A DNA stretch of 64,000 nucleotides, taken from assembly GCF_000143415.4 (NCBI RefSeq), contig NW_003314264.1, forward strand, positions 1,253,624 to 1,317,623, in the 5' to 3' direction. The translations under genes were made by a program, and so were the position numbers. This stretch comes from Selaginella moellendorffii. Its lineage: Eukaryota > Plantae > Lycopodiophyta. The notes under the pieces are model-generated. The model was not told the DNA's origin, did no database searches, and was given only the letters and a program-made list of their open reading frames with translations. Positions 54,336-64,000 of the stretch are shown here, piece by piece (within the stretch, counting starts at the first letter, position 1; each line of letters opens with the position of its first letter).

Positions 54336-56759
54336 CTTCTCCAGTCAGCCTTTTAAAGTTTCTTCGTTCCTTTGACTCAGGCAGTAGCAGCAAGCAGGCG
54401 ACGCGCGACAAGTGCTTTGCTCGCTCGTCTTTTTCTTCTCGGGCCACAGAGAGCGATGCGAGAGCGAGGGAGGTCTGGTCGAAAGAGAAGAGATCTGGTC
54501 GAAAGCTCAGCGCGGGGGTCCTTGTAGGCAGAGAGGATTTGGAGCAAAGGAAGCAGCCAGCAGTGGCAGTTCTCTAAGAGTGCGAAAAGGCTGGAAGAGA
54601 AAGAAGCGAGGGATGAAAGTATAAAGAGGCAAGAGGGACGAGCTCGTCCTCTCTCTGGTCGCTCAGCAGGTCTCTCAGGTCTCTCAGGCCTCTCAGGCCT
54701 GGCGGTGGAATGGATGGATGGATGGATTGATGGACGAACAGCATTTAATCTGCGCCTGGCAGCAGGGTGGTGGTGGTGGTGGTGGTGGTGGTGGGATTTG
54801 GCATCTCATGGCAGTTGCAGTGAAGACAAATGTTTCAAAGGTGGACACAGAAAGAAAGAGAAATGTTTATTGTCATGAGATGCTTGGAGAGTTTTTTGAC
54901 GAGACTGCATGCGTCATAAATGCCAAACAAGGGTATTTGCAGCCTCCTATAGCAATTGAGGAAGGTAGGTGGTGAAATACATGAGTAGATCATAATGCAT
55001 TCGTTGCATTGTGGTCTCATGGGTCTCTGGAGAACACGTATTATTACTAAAATGTAGTTTCTCACATTACCAATATTGCCAAGGGCATAAATTTGAAAGG
55101 TGGGGTTTAACTTTCAAATGAAAAATTATTTTTAACTCTTTTTAAAAAGAGTAAATATTTTTTTAAAAAGGCTAACCTAACGGAAGATTTTGAAATGCAA
55201 AAACTTTTAACAATTCTTCTCTTCTCCTTGATCATCAACAATTTGTGGCTTTTGTTGGCTAATAGGGATAGTTCTTACTGCAGTGGTTCTAAGATTTCTC
55301 AATTGTTATTGATTTTTCCCCTACAGGATGCTAGTATAAGACCTTGGAGGTGTTAAGAGCAAACTAAAGGTTTTATTTTGTTATCTGTAAAACGTACCTT
55401 AAAACAGATGTCATCGCCTGCTTATTAATTAAAAATATTCATCCCTTAAAGAAAGAATAAGCATATTTTGAAAGGATATTTTATTTTATTACTCTTTAAG
55501 GAAAAGAGCTACATGAAAGTGCATCCTAGTGATGTAGTTCATTGTTTGAGCTATATTCTATTGAGATTGTTCTGACCACCATCAATCAGAACTATGCTTA
55601 ATAAAACTTGTTATTTTTAGGAATCTTTTGATCTAATCGTTGTTAAACTCTGAAAAAATGCATGTTTGTGTTCCTTGCAGAGACAATTTAGCACATAGAC
55701 AAGTGTTACATCAAGCTTTGTCAATAATCACTAACAAACCCAAAAGTTTCATCAACCAAGCCTTTTCTGAGGAGGCATGACCTAGAGCTAAATAACAAAG
55801 ATAAAAGAGGTTTAGCTTTGCCTCTTTTTGCACCGACCTTTACCCTTAAATTTACTAGGTATTAAACCTTAAGTGTCTTAGTGAGTTTACATTTGCACAC
55901 ACACATTAAGAAAATACTTAAATAATCAAGTTAAGTATAATTTTATTCACACAAACCTTTTCATTCAGGTAAACTTATAATTTGATATGGGTTTAAATTT
56001 AGTTTCTTAGAACTTACCTTGGTCTAGTCTTGGTGATCTGAGTGCCATATAGTGCCAATGGCAGCAAGACCCTGTCCACAAACTTGCTCCATCATTAGCA
56101 ATGTCACTCTGGTCTAAACAATGAAGCTATTGACTTTTGCAACATCTTCAATCATCTCTTTCCAGTCCATCTAGAGTCTAGGAAGAATCTTTCTAGCTGA
56201 AAATCTTTCTAGACTTGATTGTTGCTTTCCTTATATAATTTTTCTGTTCTTTCTAAAAGGAGAAGTCTTCATAGACATTGTTGGAAGCCCATACTACATT
56301 GCTCTAGAAGTTCTTTGAAAAATGTATTCGGCATGACATCCGGTGTTGGAGGGTGACACAGCTAGCTTCACTAGCATCTGCAACCTCCTTCAAAATGCTC
56401 TTAGTCCACCTGGACCATGTCACAGCATAGTGACATTCAATAGCTCTGGGCATCATCACTGCTAACTCCTATTGCAGTGACTTCTTTTTTCTCTTCTTTG
56501 TTTTCTTTATTTTTCTTTCATTTTTTTTCTTTCACTCTTTTCTACTGCCTTTTGGGAGTTTATTCATTTCCTAGCTTTTCTCCCATAGTTTCTAGGTTCT
56601 TCTCTATATTAGATTTATCCACACCTCATTACCATCATTTTGAGTCACTCACAATCACCATTTAATCATTCTTGAATTTGCTACATCTTTGTCTATCACT
56701 TGTTACATTTGCTTTATATTTACATGCATGTGTTCTGTAGCAGATCTTGCTAGAGTTCC

Positions 56760-58320
56760 AGCCCTCCTGCTAGAGCTTGCGGAGAAAATCCAGTGCCGAT
56801 CAATGCAACCCGGGATTGTGGGTGATGCCAGTGATCACTGCTGTCCAAGAGACTAGATTTGGATCTGGCATGGTGCGGAAGATTGCAATTGTGGGGCCAA
56901 GATGGCCGAAGTGAATGTAGCTCGTGAGGATGGTGTTCCAGGATACTGCATTGCTCTCACTCACCTTGGAGAGGAGGATCTTTGCCTTGCACAAATGCCC
57001 ATTTGAGGCCAATGCTGCGATCATGGCATTGTAGCTCGCAGCATCGGGATGGGCGATTTGGGAGAAGATCCGCCACACCTTTGGAACATCCACAATCTAG
57101 ACATACACATTGATGATTGCTCTGATCACGCTAGAATGCCGATTCTTCGGGCTCAAACAGCACCCTGGCTTCCTCGATCCTCCCAGACTGGGCGTAGGCC
57201 TTGCCCAGTCCTCGAGCATGGAGATCATGGAGTTGGGCAATGTGAATCGATCAAAAAGGAGCTTGGCCTGCTCAATCCTGCCACCAAACGCAAGCACTGC
57301 AACCATGTCATTGATTGTCATAGGGTTGTGATGGGGGATCTGACCAAAGAGGAGCTGTGCCTCATCAAGATTGCTGCTCCTCGCGCATTCCACGCCACCA
57401 TGACGCACCGTGGCATGGAATCGAAGAGCGTGCATCTGGCCTCACATGGCATGGGCTGAAATCATTGACATCCACGACACTGCGTTTCGATCAGGCATGG
57501 AATCAAATACTTTTCTATCATTGTGCACTCAATCGTTCACAAGGTAGGCCGCCAGGAGTGAGTTCCACACAACCATATCATGAGGCTCCATGGAATCAAA
57601 CATGATCTTTGCATCCACAGCCAGTCCCTGCTGCACATAAGCTCTGATCATTGTGCTCCAGGAGACAGCATTTCTCTGTGGCATCACAGTGAAGAGAGCT
57701 TGTGCCTTGCGGATATGGCCGCAAGAACCCATTGTTGTGATCATCAGGTTCCATGAAACTATGTCTCTAAAAGGGATTCTCTTAAACATCATGATTGCAT
57801 CATCGATCCTCCCAGACTCCACAATCGTGCCCAGGAGGCTGTTCCACAAGCAGCAGTCCCACTTGGGTATCTCAAAGAAAACAATGGCCACCTTTTCAAT
57901 TTGCCCATTCTTGGCATTTGCCATATTCATAGAGTTCTAAGCAGTTACAATTTGTAATGGCATAGAATCAAACAGATCCTTCACATTTTCTAAATAATTT
58001 CTTGATGCCAAAACTGATATCATCGTTGTATTCACTCTGGCATCTCATTGAATAGGGCAATGGCTTCCTCCAGATGCCAGTTTTGGGCATAGCACAAAAG
58101 CATTACATGACATCTCTGTAATTTTTCATTTCATCACATTCCATGATCCACATGCATAGTGATCATCATCATCCATGGCATGAAATTGTAGAAAGGCATC
58201 CCATCAAACAATCGCTGTGCCTCCTCCAGATCCCCAGTGGCGGCAATTGCTGCAATAGCAGCATTCCAGATGACAAGATTTTTCACTAGGTTTTTCTCAA
58301 ACACCTACCTAGCCTCAAAT
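56760..58320 (-). pseudogene. PLS-class pentatricopeptide-repeat pseudogene
   Basis: Repeats such as DIVSWNLMIT, NAVSWSTMIRAYVQQG, NLVSWTAVIT; many stops and frameshifts. Confidence 0.85.
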
Positions 58321-58889
58321 AACTGCAATTAATGATGCTAATGTTTGCTTTTAGCCAATGGGAGGTGGCCAATTGCTTGGGGCAAGAAAAGAAAGCATTA
58401 TGACACATGTAATATGAAAAGTGTTGATCGGCATTGACATTTAATCTTTTGCAATGGAGATTTACTTAGATTTTATAATTCTTTTTAAAGATTTTGATAA
58501 TTTTCTATGAAAAACATCATCTTATAAGAAAACATATGCTTATAGTTACCTTTTCAATTCTTTTTTCAAAGTGGAATATAATATATGTTGTTTGATATTA
58601 TTTCAATTTAATTTTCAATGTAATAATGATAATTAAAACAATATTTGCTAACTGGGCAGCATATGCTAGGCAATGACTAGTTGAGCTAATAAAACAATAA
58701 AATAACAAATATAAATTTGTGATTTGACAGCGATTTAAATTTTTGGTGTGATAGATTATTTTAATGCTAAAATTTCAGCTTTCCCAGAATAGAAAGAGTT
58801 TTAAATTTATACTTAAGAAGTCTGATTCTGGAATATTTACATGAGATCTGAACCGTTGATTTGCATCACAGCTAGGGTTAGCAGTGGGG

Positions 58890-61655
58890 ATGGCGTCTGG
58901 AACTGAGCCCATGCCGGTGGATGGGCCGATTTTCAGCCTTGAAAGGCAAATAGAGGGAGTCGAGAAGCAAATATGTGAGGCTGAGGAGCAGCTCAAGGCA
59001 ACAAATGATGCAGAGGAGGAGCGGTACTGGCGGAAAATGGTGGGGCAGCTGAGACAAAAGGAGATCCACCTGAGGGAAGAAAAGCTTATCTTACTCAAGG
59101 GTAGGCATTGGATTTTGGTCTTGACTTGTTCTTCCATCGCTGACAAATATTTTTTTTTGCAGCGCCTTCAGCTCCTACCACTGATTGTGGTAAGATTTAC
59201 GATGTTCTCTGGTGAACTGACGAAGCGTTACTTGTGTGTTCATTGTGTTTGATCTTGATCAAGCAGATGTGCAAGGTATCTTGGACCATGTATGGAACGA
59301 GATACATGGAGAACTTCTTGAGCCAAGCGATTTGAAGGCCAGCTATCCAGACGTTTGCAAAGGGACGGTTCCCCAAGCTCCTGACAGTCGTAAACCTTGC
59401 CTTCTCTGGCATTGCCTCGAGGAGCCTTTTCGGGCCTCCAAATACATTCTGGATCAAGTGGATATAGCACGCCCTGGCCTGGTGGTCCTTTTCGATGTTT
59501 CCGGCTCTGGAAAAACTCGAACACTGTATGAGATTGCAGTGGACCGTTTGGCTCTGTATTTTGTTGGTGTTCCTATGGGACGGATTGGATCGGAGGGGTC
59601 TGCAGACTTGGATGCGCTGGTTAGTCGGCTAATGGTTCTGTATCCAGGAGACCAGTCAATTCCGATGCGCGTGACGCGGTGCTGCTTCAAAGCTGTTCTT
59701 CTCAGCAGATTCTTCATCCTAGACAAGTTGAAGGAGGTAGCAGGAAGCATGCCACCTCAGGTTTGGGCCAAGTACTGGTTGTTTAAGCAGGTTGGATTTG
59801 CGTTACTACCCTTCCATAATGACCCTTTCTACGTTCTAAGTGATAGACTACTCGAGTTAGTATCCAGTGACTGTGGGATCGAAGGGGTATTTGATCGTTT
59901 GATCGAGACACACAAGAGGGACTGGAGTGGGCCGATTATACTCGACGAATGCCAGGTGGTGCAGGACACCTTGGTGAATAGGTTTGATTCACCTACAGCT
60001 GGGTCAAGAACAAGATCTCTTTTGGATGTGTTTGTGCCGGCGTTGTTCGATGCTGGGTTTCGCACAAGCACGATCTACTATTCTGGTACAGGAGGAAGTA
60101 TGGTTTCTGTTGCACGCAATATTTCTGCTACACTCAAACAGAGATTTTCAGTGGCAGTGTTCTGTCACTTTGGGGGATTTTATGAGGAGGCCGACCTGAA
60201 GGATTATGCTAGTCGGATCCTTAAAGATACATCACAGGTGGATTTTCACATGGTCTTCCAGTTATACAAGGGGCGGTATAGGTTTTTCGTTTCAGCATTA
60301 GAATCGTTTATTTCTGAAAAGCTACCGCTCAGCAAAGCAACTGCTTACTTTGTCGAATACGCCAACGAGGTTTCTACTAGAGAGTACAGGCCAATGGCAG
60401 TTAACACTTTGGGACGGAGTTCGCCTTTTCTTGACAGAACAGTCTACAGAAGTGTAAAAGACTTTTTTCGGAAGCATCCCCTGGCTCTCGAAAAACTGAG
60501 TCTTATACTCTTCCATCAGTTCTATGGATTGGATGCTGCCGTCAAGAACCCCAGCTTGAGTTTAATTCACTACGGACTAGCAAGGTTGGATGGCCGTCGG
60601 ACGCTTGAAATGCAAGATTTGGAATCTTCGAAGGGAGGATTAGACACAGGGAACGTTCTACTGCGTATTGAGGAGCCTCTTGTTCTCCATTCTTTGTGGC
60701 ACTATTTAACAGTTGGCGAACCAGCAGGCTTATCGAGTATAGCTGATACTGATTATAGCGGAATTGGGCACGGATACGAAATGATTGCAGTGGAGATGAT
60801 TGCAAAAGCAATGGACGGGATGCAACCTGCAAATTTGATCTCTAGGTTTCTTCAAGATGGTGTGTACACGGTCACTTCACATAAGCTAGAGATTCCGGAA
60901 ATCTACACCAGAAGAGCGAAGCTTGTGAAACCAAGGATCCACAGTGAACAAGTGGCGCAGATGAGACACGAGCATAGTAAAGGCTCGGATGTGCATGATG
61001 TCAACGCATCAAGATATACTTTGCAGGAGTACATCAATGCTGTCAAGGAGAGGGACGTCTTCCCATCCGTTCTATGGACAGGAGAATCCGGATTTGGGCC
61101 AGACGCCTTGTTTTTCCTAGACATGTCGGAGGGAGATGGAGATGATCAAGGACAAGTTTCAGAGACTGACCCTGCTTGCTCCACCTTGCAGCAGCAACAC
61201 CCGATGACCCTTATTCCCGTTCTTGTGCAAGTTGAGACAAATAAGTCGCTTTACCAGGTAAGCAACATGTCATCTTTTTGATGTAATTTGACTTTTTTCT
61301 TTTATTGTAGGGTACTGTCAATAATGCTTTTTATAACTTGGATCTGAACAAGCTTTTCCAACACAAGAGTTCACTGACCCCAATTGAAGTTGCTGGTGCT
61401 AACTCCCTTCGAGAGTTAGCTCGTAATGGGTGTATTAAACTGGTGGTTTCTACAGACTTTGTCAATCTGAAGAAGCAGCTATGTAACCTCTATTTGAGGG
61501 ACGAAGCATGCAGTAGTCAAATTTCTATTAGAAGAAGTGAAAAGAAGAATTTGGGCACAAAAGCCTTGTTTGGTGTTATCGGTAAAGATAACATCTTGGC
61601 TTTTGTTGATTCATGGCTGTTTGAGGCAATGTTTGTTCCTAAAGATGCAATTTGA
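58890..61655 (+). CDS. Second CR-type protein: helical header + P-loop NTPase + PD-(D/E)xK-like nuclease domain (4 exons)
   Basis: Header EEERYWRKMVGQLRQKEIHLREEK; Walker A DVSGSGKTR; Walker B IILDECQ; YSGTG, GRYRF, IEEPL; GPDALF...VLVQVE; exons 58890-59100, 59163-59189, 59268-61257 and about 61312-61655 splice in frame. Confidence 0.8.
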
Positions 61656-63212
61656 GAAATTATTAAAAAACTGTAATTTGTACTTTCTGTTCTGGAAAGA
61701 CTTCTTGGGCCCCACCCTTAGTGGGGAGCCACATTGCCATTGCCATTGTGAAGGTCTTTTTTATCACTCATTTTTCACTGTATCTTTCCATGGTAATGGT
61801 TGATGTTGATTTCTATAACCATTCTGGGAATACTTGCTATAGCAATGGCCTTCCAAATTTCTGCTGCAATCAGAGATCAAGTTTGCTACTTTCTCTTATT
61901 TGGTCTTGAGGCTCACACCTGAAGCCACACAAGTGGCTTTTCAGGTTTTACAGCCACTATATATTGGAATTACAACATTTATGGCTAGACAATTTGCGTG
62001 CTTTAGATATTCTTTCCTTACTACTATGACAGTAGGAGGTTGAAATTGCTATTGTTCAAGTGTAAATAAATTGGGTTTAACATTTATACTTAGCCAGATG
62101 AACATAGGGTAGAAACTCTTATGTTTTTCTTGTTGAGCATACTCGGTTTGGTTTAATTCTCTTTTACTCTATTTTGCACTACCTTGACAAGAACTCTCAT
62201 GTATTGAGCCCACTTAAATATCATAATATATTCTTAACAATCTATTTTCACTATAAACAATTGCAATAAATAAGATATTTTTAGTTTATGAATGACTCAA
62301 AGAAGAAAATATATAGTCTCTCTTGCTAGCCTTTAGATTTGTGCAACAATCATCCTTTACATTTTCATTCTTGCATTGGTATTGTTGAGATTGAATCATC
62401 CTCTCATTCTAACTTCTTTATAGAAATAGATCTCTTAATTTATCATATTCCAAGTGTGGAGGACAAAATCAATAATGGGGAGTTTCCTCGAGTTAAAGAC
62501 TACTATACCTAATTTATTGAAGAGCTTACTTTTGATTACTAGTGAACATATTGAGAGTTTAATTCTAAGATGCCTAATATAACTTTTTTGTCTTAGGTTA
62601 GAAATTCATTTCTATGGGCTTCTATAGTTATCTTAAGCATTGCCACAACTGTTGCACAAATGATGTTATCACTTTATATATAACTGTTTACAAAATGTTG
62701 AAAGATGAGATGGCAATATACAAGTACTTTTGAGTGATATTTGTAGATGAGAATACCAATTTGTAACTATGAGATTTGACACTAATACTAACACTATCAT
62801 TAACATTTTGATATATGACAAGCTTTTCTTTTTAAGTAAGGATGAATTTAACTTTCTTATGCTTTAATCAATATATCAATTCCTTCTACACCTCATATAT
62901 TGGGATTATGAGGAAGACTCATCTTGTATTTATTGTACCATAGTTTTTGCATGCTCATAAAGACTTCTAAAACCTCTAACTCTAAAAAACTCCAAATGAC
63001 TATAATCTATAAATAAAAGAACTAACACGTATTGATAAACATAATTTACTTCCTTGAGATTGGAAGCAACTCACAAAATCTTTTGAGTTGGTATTTGAAA
63101 AAAATGATGTTCTTCAATAGTAAATATCAATTTACCAAAGTCACATGCTACCTCTACCATAAAACCACTACCTATTAAGTAATCAATCACAACACTATTT
63201 GGTGGGCAAAGG

Positions 63213-63637
63213 GAGTCGTTCCCTTTGGTTGCTTACAATCCACCACGCTTCCTTGCAAGTTCACGCTCTCGTGAATGGAAGTTGAGAGCCGCAACTCTCC
63301 CGAGAGCCCCGCTCTCTTGACACCCTACCCCTCGGGTCGAGCCCAGCAGGAACAAACTGGACCAGCCAGATGTCAATCAACTTGTGGTGTGATTCCCCTA
63401 GCCAACCAACAAATTTGGACTCGAGACCCCTCTGATACCAAATGTAAGCTCTTGAGTTTGGACTTCCCAGGAGGTCACCCAACCTAGTACTATTCAAACC
63501 CAAGAACGTTTAACCCCAAGTATCCCAAGACCCTTAACCGATTGGAAAAGGGGGTGCACTTTTATTCATGGGCCCTTTTCCCTCTATATTTGAACCCCAT
63601 GGATCGTTTCTTGAGTCGTTTTCTTTGGTTACTTACA
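63213..63637 (-). mobile_element. Cassandra-type TRIM: 195-bp LTR with 5S rRNA-derived core (63443-63637), PBS, about 200-bp non-coding internal region, PPT, truncated second LTR (63213-63237)
   Basis: LTR TGTAAG...GCTTACA containing GTTAAACGTTCTTGGGTTTGAATAGTACTAGGTTGGGTGACCTCCTGGGAAGTCC (5S A/IE/C boxes); PBS TGGTATCAGAG; PPT AAGGAAGCGTGGTGGA. Confidence 0.88.
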
Positions 63638-64000
63638 AATGTGCTATTGAGGAAATAGGAATAACTTATAGAAGAGCTAAGTGAATGGGAAAAATAATAA
63701 ATAAGAAACTACTATCATATAATGTTTTGTCGATAAAAGTTTTTCCAACTCCTTGTTATAAGCATCTTATCAAGTTGGAATGAAATTACTACCAACAATT
63801 ATTATTGTAAAAAATATGTGTTACAACATTTGGTTTGTAAAAGTCACTTTTTGTAGCACACATGAATTTGGAGCCGAACTCCAAGCCCGTTGCGCTACGA
63901 ACGAGGGTCCGGTACAATCCCACGAGCACCAGCTCCCCGTATCCAGTTCCTGGGCGCAAAATGGTTTAGACGGAGTCTGGCACAATTTTGGCGTACTAGT

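Noticed and set aside
63455-63520. 5S rRNA gene
   Set aside because: Only the internal part is present, diverged and embedded in an LTR; it is the Cassandra 5S domain
63865-64000. GC-rich end with CTAGT, possible Helitron terminus
   Set aside because: No convincing subterminal hairpin, and the window edge prevents assessment

Overview
Eukaryotic plant nuclear DNA, very gene-dense, with mostly 40-60 nt introns, telobox (AAACCCTA) promoters, a flagellar gene (CFAP77) and PPR relics. This is most consistent with a lycophyte such as Selaginella (inference). 1-27.8 kb is an accessory block bracketed by an organellar lysyl-tRNA synthetase gene and its decayed tandem duplicate. The block holds a patchwork of gene fragments (F-box, DDX18/HAS1, MAP65, inverted LysRS), a Merlin/ISXO2 transposase relic, a three-layer nest of Ty3/gypsy chromoviruses, and an intact Crinkler/RHS-type NTPase + PD-(D/E)xK nuclease gene. 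27.8-54.3 kb is a core gene run: FIP1/TMEM192, TKPR/CCR-like SDR, a stand-alone chromodomain gene, exportin-2, tRNA-Leu, a secreted peptide, CFAP77, laccase, NRPA1, mitochondrial L32, MyoB, POD1/TAPT1 and OCTOPUS-like. 54.6-64 kb has a PPR pseudogene, a second NTPase-nuclease gene and a Cassandra-type TRIM with a 5S-derived LTR. Highlights: (1) a young full-length LTR retrotransposon whose integrase is split by two canonical spliceosomal introns, so the unspliced ORF lacks the catalytic Glu; (2) a Cassandra TRIM whose termini, PBS and PPT resemble that chromovirus, a candidate autonomous partner; (3) an apparently domesticated chromoviral integrase tail (GPY/F-SH3 + chromodomain); (4) two plant CR-NTPase/REase genes; (5) a Merlin relic in a land plant.
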